This document shows positions 33,239 through 41,963 of a stretch of 64,000 nt of DNA, piece after piece; positions within the stretch are counted from its first letter, which is position 1, and each line of letters opens with the position of its first letter. This DNA comes from a virus. Where the stretch lies: IMG/VR virus record IMGVR_UViG_3300024299_000001, positions 1 to 64,000 of that record; one strand, given 5' to 3'. The position numbers and the translations under genes are program-made. The notes beneath the pieces were generated by a model. The model had not been told where the DNA came from, did no database searches, and was given only the letters and a program-made list of their open reading frames with translations.

Positions 33239-33499
33239 ATGACGTTTAGGCAAAAAGTTTTAAAACTTGCAAAAAGTTTTAAAGCTGCGGTGACTGTAGA
33301 CAAAACAGAAAATGAGTTTGATATAGAAGTTCTCGCACCGGCTGGCTTCTATTGGGCAGAAGGTGGGGATTGTCATATACTCGTAGCAAATAAATACTAC
33401 ACTGAAAGTATTAAAACCGAAAACCTTTGGAAAGACCTTTATTTAAGAATGTCTGAAGGTTTAGAAAATTGTAAAAATCATAAATGCGAATGGGCGTAA
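33239..33499 (+). CDS. Hypothetical protein
   Basis: ATG at 33239, 5 nt after AAAGAGGTGG. Confidence 0.55.
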   Translation: MTFRQKVLKLAKSFKAAVTVDKTENEFDIEVLAPAGFYWAEGGDCHILVANKYYTESIKTENLWKDLYLRMSEGLENCKNHKCEWA

Positions 33500-33502
33500 A
33501 CT

Positions 33503-33655
33503 ATGGATGAATCTTTATATGATAAATGGGTAGAAGAAGAAATAGAAGATATGCAAACAGCATTATTACATCGTGGTGTTGATGGATTGTTTTTTGAGTT
33601 TGAACGATGGGTTAAAGAAAATTATAACGTAACCCAAAAGGATAAAAAAATATGA
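33503..33655 (+). CDS. Small protein (50 aa; hand-called), paralog of 25324..25467
   Basis: See 25324..25467. Confidence 0.5.
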   Translation: MDESLYDKWVEEEIEDMQTALLHRGVDGLFFEFERWVKENYNVTQKDKKI

Positions 33656-33783
33656 CAAGAGGTGGTCAAAGAAAAGGTGCAGGGCGAAAGCCCTCACCTG
33701 ACAAAAAGAAAGGCTATTCGACTAAGCTAAGATCATTGTGCAATGGGTTCAATAATAAACGTAGAACAATTGGACATATTTAG
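33652..33783 (+). CDS. Small basic ORF MTRGGQRKGAGRKP... (43 aa; possibly degraded)
   Basis: ATGA overlap with the upstream stop. It is followed by about 90 nt of non-coding sequence containing hairpins. Confidence 0.3.
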   Translation: MTRGGQRKGAGRKPSPDKKKGYSTKLRSLCNGFNNKRRTIGHI

Positions 33784-33878
33784 CGGCGTTGCTGGAAAAT
33801 CCAGCCAATAAGCCATTGCAGCAGGCTGCGCAAGCTTGCTGCTGAATTTAATATTATAAAAATTGCTTGGAGGTAAAA

Positions 33879-34103
33879 ATGGAAAGATACAAAGTTGATG
33901 AGCGTGTGGGGTGTATCGCAATTCTTGACACTGATATACCAACACCCAGTAACGGTTTGCATAGTGATGACAGACACATCGTAAAATACTGGCAGGGTGT
34001 CAATCTTTATAAGTGTTACAATAATCAAACCATGTGGCATGTGCCTGTTTTCCTTCGTCGTAGGGCCAGGAAGCTTTGTTATGCTATGAACGCAATTTTA
34101 TAA
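33879..34103 (+). CDS. Hypothetical protein
   Basis: MERYKVDERVGCIAILD..., with RBS GGAGG 6 nt upstream. Confidence 0.55.
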   Translation: MERYKVDERVGCIAILDTDIPTPSNGLHSDDRHIVKYWQGVNLYKCYNNQTMWHVPVFLRRRARKLCYAMNAIL

Positions 34104-34158
34104 TAAGCCGTTACACCTGATTGCTTCGCACAGGTGAACTTCTTATTGGACGGACTAA

Positions 34159-34344
34159 ATGAATAATGAACCGTGGTGCAAAAAACATAATACCTTCTTA
34201 TGGGACTGTGGATGCCCTGATCCAAGGGCCGTCCAATACTCAGATGCAACGAGTTTAAAGCCCTGCGCTCGTTCCTACCATAAGAAATGGCAAAAAAAGG
34301 GTTTCGATTTCTGCCCAAAGTGTGGAAGGGCTTTAAATCGGTGA
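34159..34344 (+). CDS. Small zinc-ribbon protein
   Basis: It contains WDCGCPDP ... FCPKCGRAL. Confidence 0.5.
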   Translation: MNNEPWCKKHNTFLWDCGCPDPRAVQYSDATSLKPCARSYHKKWQKKGFDFCPKCGRALNR

Positions 34345-34374
34345 TCCCCGACATTATTTTTCTTGGAGGCTTCG

Positions 34375-34560
34375 ATGAAAATTGTAATTCGTATAACCAG
34401 AACGAACAAGGAAGAGGCATACACCGAATACACATCAACCGGGGTAATGCCATCTATAAAAACCAAAACAACTTTTACCACTGTTGATATTCCTGATGAT
34501 GATGACCGATTCGTCTTCGACAGCGTTTCAGTAGAGGAGCGCAAAGTATGGATAAAATAA
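34375..34560 (+). CDS. Hypothetical protein
   Basis: MKIVIRITR..., with RBS GGAGG. Confidence 0.5.
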   Translation: MKIVIRITRTNKEEAYTEYTSTGVMPSIKTKTTFTTVDIPDDDDRFVFDSVSVEERKVWIK

Positions 34561-34817
34561 CAGAGGATTTTTTAAAGCATAGCAATATTAAAACATCGCT
34601 AAAAGGTATGGACAACAACACAATATGTAAGATGATATTAACTCATGTATGGTGCAGCTTAGACAGTACCTCTATAGAAGCTGCTTTATTAGGCGAAGCA
34701 ATTCATAGGCTTAAAGAGGCTGATAAAAAATACGATTGTTCAGCATGGCATGAAGCCAATCAGGATAAAGACGATATATGCTGCTATTGTAATAAACCTC
34801 TTAACCCAGATTTTTAA
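34548..34817 (+). CDS. Hypothetical protein
   Basis: 89-aa ORF. Confidence 0.5.
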   Translation: MDKITEDFLKHSNIKTSLKGMDNNTICKMILTHVWCSLDSTSIEAALLGEAIHRLKEADKKYDCSAWHEANQDKDDICCYCNKPLNPDF

Positions 34818-34835
34818 CCTTATTATATAGGAGGT

Positions 34836-35294
34836 ATGATGTACACTGACTATGAGTTTCTTGACAAGACAGCTTTTGTCAAGATGAAGCGTAATATTTC
34901 CAATTGGAATAAGACCGCAAGTATCATCTACAATACAACAGATCTTGATATAATAAGGCATGTGTTGTATGTTGAGAAGACTGTGTATTCACGTGAGTAT
35001 AACAAGCAACGTATTTACATGCGGTTTAGTAGAGTTAGAAGTGATTGGGAAAAGCGGCATATGAGTCTGTTCCTCAAAGACGTGGAAGTTGAATCTACTT
35101 ATCAAGATGTGCTTAAGAGTCAATACACATTGGCACACTATTTAAAGCATTGGCGTGTTAACATTAACAGAACTCTTGCGCTTCTTAAGACTGAGTATGA
35201 AGGTCAACGCCGTCCTCATATAATGAAGGCCCTTCATAGCAGACTTAATAAGCTTAGGAAAAAACAGGATATGGTGAGCATGGATGGAATCTGA
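34836..35294 (+). CDS. Hypothetical protein
   Basis: 152 aa with RBS AGGAGG. Confidence 0.6.
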   Translation: MMYTDYEFLDKTAFVKMKRNISNWNKTASIIYNTTDLDIIRHVLYVEKTVYSREYNKQRIYMRFSRVRSDWEKRHMSLFLKDVEVESTYQDVLKSQYTLAHYLKHWRVNINRTLALLKTEYEGQRRPHIMKALHSRLNKLRKKQDMVSMDGI

Positions 35295-35583
35295 GAAAGA
35301 TGTAGAAAGGTATTTAGTAGAACAAGTAGAGGCAATTGGAGGCTTATGCCGCAAGTACGTATCACCAGGTGTAAGAGGAGTTCCTGACCGCTTATGCTTT
35401 ATGCCTGGTGCATTTCTTATGGCTGTCGAGTTAAAATCTGAGACTGAAGAACCAACAACGCAACAAGAACGCGAGCATACGCGTATAAGAAGCTGTGGGT
35501 TTAAAGTTTATGTAGTTGATACAAAGGTAAAAGTAGATAAACTCTTACGAGAATGGATATATGAATACGGACAAACAGATTAA
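35284..35583 (+). CDS. VRR-NUC domain nuclease
   Basis: GVPDRLCFMPGAFLMAVELKSE...TQQE is the PD-ExK core typical of VRR-NUC. Confidence 0.75.
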   Translation: MESEKDVERYLVEQVEAIGGLCRKYVSPGVRGVPDRLCFMPGAFLMAVELKSETEEPTTQQEREHTRIRSCGFKVYVVDTKVKVDKLLREWIYEYGQTD

Positions 35584-35594
35584 GGAGATGAATA

Positions 35595-36758
35595 ATGAAT
35601 CACATTGAAACATTCAAAGCTTTACGTGCAACACGAAGTCGTAATGAAAAAATTGACATACTCAAACAATCAGATGATATAACACAGTACATACTAGCAG
35701 CTGCATATAATCCATTTCTACATTACTTCATTAATAAGAAGTTAGTGTACAAGCCAGAGGATATGATACTGTACACATTAGATAGCGCGCCAGGTTTTGC
35801 AAGAATACTAAGCCGACTTTCTACTAGGATATTATCTGGTCATGATGCCATCACAGCAGCTACACGATTTATGAATACTTTGCAAAAAGATGACGCCGAG
35901 CTATTCATGCAGATTCTTAAAAAGGACCTTCGCTGTGGTATATCTGCAAAGACTATCAACGCTGCAATTCCAGGACTCATTCCTGAGTTTGGTGCTATGT
36001 TAGCGAAGAAGTGGGAAGAGAGTCGGTTCAACAAGAACTTAGTTATGTCACTCAAGTATGACGGCTTACGTGCCATATTTAAAGGAGGCAAGTTTTACTC
36101 TCGCAACGGTCATGAATTCCAAGGGCTACAACACCTCGAGCAAATCATACCCAAAGAATATTCATTTGACGGTGAGCTACTCATGCCAGGTGAACACTTT
36201 CAGGACTCATCAGGCAAGCTGCGTAGTGATGATCCTACTCCTGGAGCAGTCTACATGGTGTTTGACATACCTGAGAGTACCATGGAATTTACTCGACGCT
36301 ATCAGCTATACAAAGATGTATGTGAGCAACTGGACAGTAGTTTTGTGAAGCCTGTTAAGCACATCAACGTACGAAGCCTAGGACATATAGACCGTACATT
36401 TGAGATGTCTCTCGACAAGAAGTATGAGGGCTTAGTCATCAAGACAAAGGGTCATCGGTATCAAACCAAAAGATCCTGGGACTGGATGAAGCTCAAGGCA
36501 CAGAATGATGAAGACTTAGAAATTGTAGAGTATTATGAAGGCGAAGGAAAGTATGAAGGCATGCTAGGTGGTTTTATTGTGGACTATAAAGGAAAAGAAG
36601 TACGCGTAGGAAGTGGCTTCAGTGACGCAGAACGACACGATTTATGGTTTAGTAAACATAGCCAGATAGGTAATATTATTGAAGTAAAGTATCATGAGGT
36701 GACTCCAGATGGAAGCTTACGTCATCCTGTATTTGGCGGATTTAGATATGACAAGTAA
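35595..36758 (+). CDS. ATP-dependent DNA ligase
   Basis: Motif I is KYDGLR (adenylation lysine), motif IV is EGLVIK and motif V is WMKLK. Confidence 0.88.
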   Translation: MNHIETFKALRATRSRNEKIDILKQSDDITQYILAAAYNPFLHYFINKKLVYKPEDMILYTLDSAPGFARILSRLSTRILSGHDAITAATRFMNTLQKDDAELFMQILKKDLRCGISAKTINAAIPGLIPEFGAMLAKKWEESRFNKNLVMSLKYDGLRAIFKGGKFYSRNGHEFQGLQHLEQIIPKEYSFDGELLMPGEHFQDSSGKLRSDDPTPGAVYMVFDIPESTMEFTRRYQLYKDVCEQLDSSFVKPVKHINVRSLGHIDRTFEMSLDKKYEGLVIKTKGHRYQTKRSWDWMKLKAQNDEDLEIVEYYEGEGKYEGMLGGFIVDYKGKEVRVGSGFSDAERHDLWFSKHSQIGNIIEVKYHEVTPDGSLRHPVFGGFRYDK

Positions 36759-36946
36759 TGGCATCTGACAACGAGCACAGTGATAAAGACATCACAATAG
36801 CGAGGTGTCCTAGATGTGGAAGACTTCACAAAGTCTTTATCTTCTGGACTGGTCGAGGCAGGCCACGCATATACTGTGAATCATGTCTTGCTATACTGGC
36901 ACAGAGAGATAACGTAAGATACCACGTACACTTAAAGGATGATTAA
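36758..36946 (+). CDS. Small zinc-ribbon protein
   Basis: It contains CPRCGRLH...YCESC, with a TAATG overlap. Confidence 0.5.
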   Translation: MASDNEHSDKDITIARCPRCGRLHKVFIFWTGRGRPRIYCESCLAILAQRDNVRYHVHLKDD

Positions 36947-38311
36947 ATGACACTACCAAAGATGCATCCATACCAAACTAAAGCTTTGCAGTTTAGCTTA
37001 GTCAACCCTCAAACTTATCTGGCGTTAGATATGGGGCTCGGAAAAACTCGCATAGCTTTAGAATGGGCAAAACCAAAGTTAGACAAAGGAGTGCTTGTCA
37101 TAGCTCCACTAAAAGCCATCTATACTACATGGCCAGATGAAATCGAGAAGTGGGAGTTTGGCTACTCGTACACTATACTTCATGACACTGAGAAGCTTGA
37201 TAGGTTAGGGTTGAAACGTGACATGTACTTTCTTAACTTTGAAGGCATACAGTGGCTATTTGACTCTATGAAGCAGCTCTACAAGTTAACCAAGAGAGTA
37301 CCATTTAGATACATCATAATTGATGAAGGCTCAATGATCAAGAGCCCCAAGACTAAGCGGTTCAAGGTAATGCGTAAGCTCAGAGATATATTTCATGGAG
37401 CTACGATCTTGAGTGGCACACCTGCACCTCAATCTCTACTAAATCTCTGGTCACAGTATTTCTTTCTGGATGGTGGTGTTCGTCTAGGTAAGACGTATGG
37501 TAAATTTCAAGAGAAGTACTTCATGCCTCTGGACTATAAGCAGTTCACTTGGGGCATACAAAGTGAAGAGAAGAAGCAAGAGATATATGAGCGGATCAAG
37601 GACATCACGTATAGACTTGATGCAGGTGACTACATTAAGTTGCCACCTAGGATTGACAACATCATCAAGCTCAAGATGCCGCCTGAACACATGGCGCAGT
37701 ACAAGACACTCGAGAAGAAGTTCTTCCTGAAGCTGGAAGAGTCTGAGATTGAAGTATTTAACTCTGCAGCTCTGTCAATGAAGCTTCGGCAGTTTATACA
37801 AGGCGGAGTATACACAGATAAGAAAGGTACTTACGAGATAATCCACAAAGAGAAACTTGAGAAGCTTAAAGAGCTTGTTGAAGCTGCAAATGGCCAGGGG
37901 ATACTCTGTCCTATCCAATTTAAGTTTGAGCTTGAGATGATCAAGAAAGTGTGGCCCAAGGTACCTGCTCTAGTGGGTGGCATAGCAATCAAGGAATCTG
38001 CTAAGCACATTAGGAATTGGAACAAAGGCAAGATTCCTCTACTGATATGCCATCCCAAGAGTGTAAGTCATGCTCTCAACCTGCAGACAGGATCACACTT
38101 AATTGTGTGGTACGGCTTGACCTGGAGCACAGAGCAATACTTACAACTTAACAAGCGTGTACATCGACAAGGACAGAAGAACACAGTCATTGTACATCAC
38201 TTAGTTATGCAGAATACTATCGACACGTCAATCATGAACGCACTTAAGGCTAACATTAAGACACAAGCGGAGTTATTAGACTTTATTAAAAACTATAGAG
38301 AGGAAGAATAA
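36947..38311 (+). CDS. SNF2/DEAD-like superfamily 2 helicase
   Basis: The helicase motifs present are DMGLGKT (I), IIIDEGS (II), LSGTP (III) and HRQGQ (VI). Confidence 0.85.
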   Translation: MTLPKMHPYQTKALQFSLVNPQTYLALDMGLGKTRIALEWAKPKLDKGVLVIAPLKAIYTTWPDEIEKWEFGYSYTILHDTEKLDRLGLKRDMYFLNFEGIQWLFDSMKQLYKLTKRVPFRYIIIDEGSMIKSPKTKRFKVMRKLRDIFHGATILSGTPAPQSLLNLWSQYFFLDGGVRLGKTYGKFQEKYFMPLDYKQFTWGIQSEEKKQEIYERIKDITYRLDAGDYIKLPPRIDNIIKLKMPPEHMAQYKTLEKKFFLKLEESEIEVFNSAALSMKLRQFIQGGVYTDKKGTYEIIHKEKLEKLKELVEAANGQGILCPIQFKFELEMIKKVWPKVPALVGGIAIKESAKHIRNWNKGKIPLLICHPKSVSHALNLQTGSHLIVWYGLTWSTEQYLQLNKRVHRQGQKNTVIVHHLVMQNTIDTSIMNALKANIKTQAELLDFIKNYREEE

Positions 38312-38538
38312 TGAAGCTCATTAAAGACTTAGATGAAGATATTGAGTATCTTGACCTGGAAGAAACAGATATAGATTGTCACGATATGCATATACATAAT
38401 TGTGATGGATACGGCGCCTATGATGTTCAAGTATTAGATTATATACTAACTTGGGCACAAGTCGACGTACTTAAGAACGGTATCGCCGAAGCTGAGAGAT
38501 TATGGAGAAAAGATAATAAATCGGATAAAAGCGAGTAG
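38311..38538 (+). CDS. Small acidic protein
   Basis: 75-aa D/E-rich ORF. Confidence 0.5.
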   Translation: MKLIKDLDEDIEYLDLEETDIDCHDMHIHNCDGYGAYDVQVLDYILTWAQVDVLKNGIAEAERLWRKDNKSDKSE

Positions 38539-38671
38539 AAAAGATGAAAAATCATTTATCTCGGAGCCACCACTATAGCCAGAAACTCGTTTTCAGCTTT
38601 TCTGAGTATAGTAGATCGAGTAAATGAGAGATATGGAATTTGTGTATATTAACTAAAATAAGGAGAAACAC

Positions 38672-38893
38672 ATGGGAGATGAAATTAAAATTAAAATTGA
38701 CAATAAGTTGTATTCAGTGGAAGACGCTAAAGCAATTTTTCAAGCGTTAAAAGATGTTTTTGAACCTACACCAGCGCCAGTGCATATCTGGTATCCTGTA
38801 GCATACCCAGCATACCCAACATATCCTGACCCAATGAATCCGCTTCCAATTACATATAGTCCATCTACAGGAACATCAAATGGAAACAACTAA
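38672..38893 (+). CDS. Hypothetical protein (Pro/Tyr-rich C-terminus)
   Basis: 73 aa with RBS AAGGAG. Confidence 0.5.
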   Translation: MGDEIKIKIDNKLYSVEDAKAIFQALKDVFEPTPAPVHIWYPVAYPAYPTYPDPMNPLPITYSPSTGTSNGNN

Positions 38894-39308
38894 GCAAGCT
38901 TTATGGGATAAAAGGCACTTAGGCTTGGCAAGACATGTAGCAGGGTGGTCAAAGGACCCAAGAAAACGAGTTGGATCAGTGGTGACCAAAGATAATTACG
39001 TTAGAGGAGTCGGCTACAATGGCTTTCCCCGAGGCATAGCTGACACTAAGGCGAGACTTGCCGATCCTGCTATCAAGCTTGCTCTGATCATACACGCTGA
39101 AGTGAATGCCTTAGCAGCGGCAGAGGACGGTGACTGCATATACGTGTACCCCTGTTTACCTTGTACACTGTGCCTCGGACAGATCATACAACGCGGCATC
39201 AAGCGGATTGTGACCATGAAAAGCAAGCCTAAGACAAAGTGGTCACCCGACTTGGTACTATCACTGGCTGAAGAAGCTGACATGGAAGTTGTGATTATTA
39301 AAATATAA
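38880..39308 (+). CDS. dCMP deaminase (CDA fold)
   Basis: It carries the HAEVNAL and PCLPCTLC zinc-binding motifs. Confidence 0.85.
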   Translation: METTKQALWDKRHLGLARHVAGWSKDPRKRVGSVVTKDNYVRGVGYNGFPRGIADTKARLADPAIKLALIIHAEVNALAAAEDGDCIYVYPCLPCTLCLGQIIQRGIKRIVTMKSKPKTKWSPDLVLSLAEEADMEVVIIKI

Positions 39309-39317
39309 GGAGGTAAT

Positions 39318-39431
39318 ATGAGAGCTGCGTGGATACTAGTAATTATATTTTCGTGCATAGGGCTTGGTGTAACTACTGTCGGAATATTATGGGTAGTTAG
39401 TAAAATATTACAACTAATACTAGGAGGTTAA
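39318..39431 (+). CDS. Small single-pass membrane peptide (37 aa; hand-called)
   Basis: MRAAWILVIIFSCIGLGVTTVGILWVV..., with RBS AAGGAGG. Confidence 0.4.
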   Translation: MRAAWILVIIFSCIGLGVTTVGILWVVSKILQLILGG

Positions 39432-39610
39432 AATGGGTTATAAAAAGTTTTTTGAACGACATGGTGAGGATAACTTAATGTATCACGACTACCCTGAGCA
39501 TGGTCCAGGGGTATTAAAGTAGAGGATATGTACAAAGCTTTTAAAGAGCGGATACTTAATGAACATAACATAGTGCTGAAGTGGTACTTAGAAGGGCACG
39601 AGGAGGCTAA

Positions 39611-39805
39611 ATGACTGAACTTAAGTACTTTGAAGAAAAAGCAACTGAGTGTCATTACGGTAAGCAAGGTATTGTTCTAGGCCGGATATTTTCTCTTCGA
39701 AAGACTAAGAATACAATTGTAATCACAGAAGATGGCTATAAGCTACACTGTAATAGACAAGGTATCTCGACAAGAGATACTAGGCTATACAGCATATTGG
39801 GATAA
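39611..39805 (+). CDS. Hypothetical protein (last plus-strand gene)
   Basis: 64 aa with RBS GAGGAGG. Confidence 0.5.
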   Translation: MTELKYFEEKATECHYGKQGIVLGRIFSLRKTKNTIVITEDGYKLHCNRQGISTRDTRLYSILG

Positions 39806-39846
39806 ACAAAGAGAAAAACAGGCTCCCAAGCAGCGGGAGAAGAGGA

Positions 39847-40077
39847 CTACTTGATCCGCCGGTTCTTCTCTTTGGCCATTACGGCAAGGTTACCGAGAGA
39901 GCTATTCTTGACATTACGATCTTTATGATGAACATCCTTGCCATCGCCTTTTCGGACCTTACCTTTTCGTGCCATCATACGACGTGCTTTGTTACGCAGA
40001 GCACGTCGTTTTATTTCTTTTTTCTTTCCGTGATATAATTCATATTCTCGCTTGTAGTTTCGTTTCTTAGGCATCAC
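39847..40077 (-). CDS. Small, very basic protein with HNH-like KGDGKDVHHKD...N motif
   Basis: 76 aa. The motif is KGDGKDVHHKDRNVKNSSLGNLAVMAKEKN. Confidence 0.5.
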   Translation of the reverse strand: MMPKKRNYKREYELYHGKKKEIKRRALRNKARRMMARKGKVRKGDGKDVHHKDRNVKNSSLGNLAVMAKEKNRRIK

Positions 40078-40625
40078 GTCTCTCCTTGCTGAATGATAAA
40101 TCCACCAGCAGCTTGAATTAAGTTAACACATAATGTAGGATGAACAGTCCAAGGTCTCACAGTACTCCACTTCAGTGCTTTGACGATAGGAGTAATAAGT
40201 TCCTCTGAGCAGAAAGTTTTCTCTGGGTCTTCTTTGATGAATTTGTATCTAAAGTTGACAATACCGGCCCAGTCGTATTCTTTCTTATCTTCACATGACT
40301 TAACATAATGCGCTAAGCAGTACTCCCAGTCAAGTCTTGACATATTAAGTGCCCATATCTCATAAGGTGTTCCTGAAGTGTGGTCGTGCATGTCATTGTA
40401 GTCCATCCAGGATTTTATACGACCGCTATGCGGCCACTGCTCCATTAAGTTCATCTGATCAAGCTTTATCTTGGTTGCTCGTTCTTCGCCGATAAGAGTC
40501 TTGATATATAGACGTTCTGCGTCATCAATATAAACTGCGCTGTGTGAGTAAGGTCCTGTCTGATTCTGAATAACTTTTGATATAGTTGATAATCCGTAGA
40601 AGTGTGCTGATTTCAGTGTGATCAT
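40074..40625 (-). CDS. Permuted papain-fold (YiiX/C92-like) amidase; candidate endolysin
   Basis: YSHSAVYID ... YDWAGIVNFRYKF...FCSEELI shows a His-then-Cys order typical of the permuted family. It sits next to small TM proteins. Confidence 0.5.
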   Translation of the reverse strand: MITLKSAHFYGLSTISKVIQNQTGPYSHSAVYIDDAERLYIKTLIGEERATKIKLDQMNLMEQWPHSGRIKSWMDYNDMHDHTSGTPYEIWALNMSRLDWEYCLAHYVKSCEDKKEYDWAGIVNFRYKFIKEDPEKTFCSEELITPIVKALKWSTVRPWTVHPTLCVNLIQAAGGFIIQQGET

Positions 40626-40780
40626 TTCTTAGCGTCCTTTACTTTATCAAATAAACTTAACAGCAGATCAAAGTCACCAGAATATGCTGCAGCAATAATA
40701 AGTGTTACTAATATTAATGTGATACAACCCATAGCCCATCTCTTTGTCGCTGGTTCCCAGTCTTTAATCCACTTAATCAT
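40622..40780 (-). CDS. Small TM protein (52 aa; hand-called); holin or spanin candidate
   Basis: MIKWIKDWEPATKRWAMGCITLILVTLIIAAAY.... GGAG lies 6 nt upstream, and there is an ATGA overlap with the amidase start. Confidence 0.45.
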   Translation of the reverse strand: MIKWIKDWEPATKRWAMGCITLILVTLIIAAAYSGDFDLLLSLFDKVKDAKK

Positions 40781-40782
40781 AA

Positions 40783-41229
40783 TTAACTCCGTTCTACATA
40801 GAAGGGATCACTAAATGCAGTCACAGTGACCTCTCTTAAAGGATTTACTTTATATACGCCTTCCCACTTAAACACATACTCCCCTGGTTCTGCTGAACTC
40901 GGAATCTTAAGTTTGACTTTCATTTTTCTCTTACCTACAGGTATATTTCCGTATATAGGAGAGTACGTAATAATGAAGTCGTTGATAAGCTGTTTGTTTA
41001 TCACAGCCGCCAAGGGTAATTTTTTATCTACATCCATTTCATACACCAAGTATTGTCCAGGCTGTACAACTCGATCTGAGTTACAAATCTTTATATTGTT
41101 AACCACAAATGGATTATAGGGCCAGAATAGCCAGAAGGTTACAATACAATAGCCGCTGATAACAAGAGCTGAGATGCATCTGTGTCTCAGTAGTTTAAAA
41201 CGTGATTTATCTGTTCTACGCTTATTCAT
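40783..41229 (-). CDS. Membrane-anchored protein (lysis cassette member?)
   Basis: 148 aa with an N-terminal TM segment (ISALVISGYCIVTFWLFW). Confidence 0.5.
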   Translation of the reverse strand: MNKRRTDKSRFKLLRHRCISALVISGYCIVTFWLFWPYNPFVVNNIKICNSDRVVQPGQYLVYEMDVDKKLPLAAVINKQLINDFIITYSPIYGNIPVGKRKMKVKLKIPSSAEPGEYVFKWEGVYKVNPLREVTVTAFSDPFYVERS

Positions 41230-41450
41230 GGTATAATTACCTCGCCTCCTGGTTTAGAGTGTTTATGTTTGAAGAGCTTCTTAAGAGTTTCAGTTCGCTC
41301 AACACAAGTATCAACTGTAACTTTACTGTTTAACCTCACCTCTATTTTATCCACGTCTTTATTAAGCTTGATCATCCAACTTTTGACAAAGAACCCAGAT
41401 ATTACAAATAGAAATGAAATCGCGCCCCATAGCATTTGTTCTTTCGTCAT
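41226..41450 (-). CDS. Small TM protein (holin or spanin candidate)
   Basis: 74 aa containing WGAISFLFVISGFFV. Confidence 0.5.
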   Translation of the reverse strand: MTKEQMLWGAISFLFVISGFFVKSWMIKLNKDVDKIEVRLNSKVTVDTCVERTETLKKLFKHKHSKPGGEVIIP

Positions 41451-41693
41451 ATAAAACTCCTTAATAAGTCTCTGTACTCAACGATAAGCCACCGAGCTGA
41501 TAAACCAAATAGCCGGTATACCCAGGGATTGTTATTAGTATTCATACAGTACTAGTACACTATGTGAGGTTTCTTTGCACTGATAAAATGAACGAAAAAT
41601 ATAATAATGCAACTCCTGACTAAAACAACACACCCATTCTCATCTTGGAGCTTCATACCGTCTGTTGTTCCACCGCTTATACCAACCATTGTG

Positions 41694-41963
41694 TTACCTC
41701 AGTACCATCAAAACTAGATTTGGTGTACCAGCAGACGCTTTAGCGTAAAATATAGTCTCACCTTTAGCTTGTGCTATATCTATATTAAAAGTTTGATTTG
41801 CTAAAGTTAAGCCATTTACTGTACCTGCTGTAGTATCAGATATATAAAATGCTGTTCCGTCGTCTACCCAAAAACTAATTGACCCGCAGCTTTGTGAAGC
41901 ACCTAGCGATATAGCAGTGTAGGTACTTGTGTTTAGCGCTGTTACGACCAGAGGTTGAATCAT
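41694..41963 (-). CDS. Small beta-rich structural protein
   Basis: 89 aa. Its ATG overlaps the stop of the giant gene. Confidence 0.5.
   Translation of the reverse strand: MIQPLVVTALNTSTYTAISLGASQSCGSISFWVDDGTAFYISDTTAGTVNGLTLANQTFNIDIAQAKGETIFYAKASAGTPNLVLMVLR

Noticed and set aside
33733-34544. Several 70-124-aa minus-strand ORFs (33733, 33780, 34079 and 34275)
   Set aside because: They are antisense to small plus-strand genes that have good RBSs. They have no RBSs of their own and would be isolated opposite-strand genes inside a unidirectional operon.
39823-39839. Bidirectional terminator at the convergence point
   Set aside because: There is only a 5-bp stem (CTCCC/GGGAG) with a 7-nt loop and no flanking U/A runs. 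That is too weak to annotate as a terminator.
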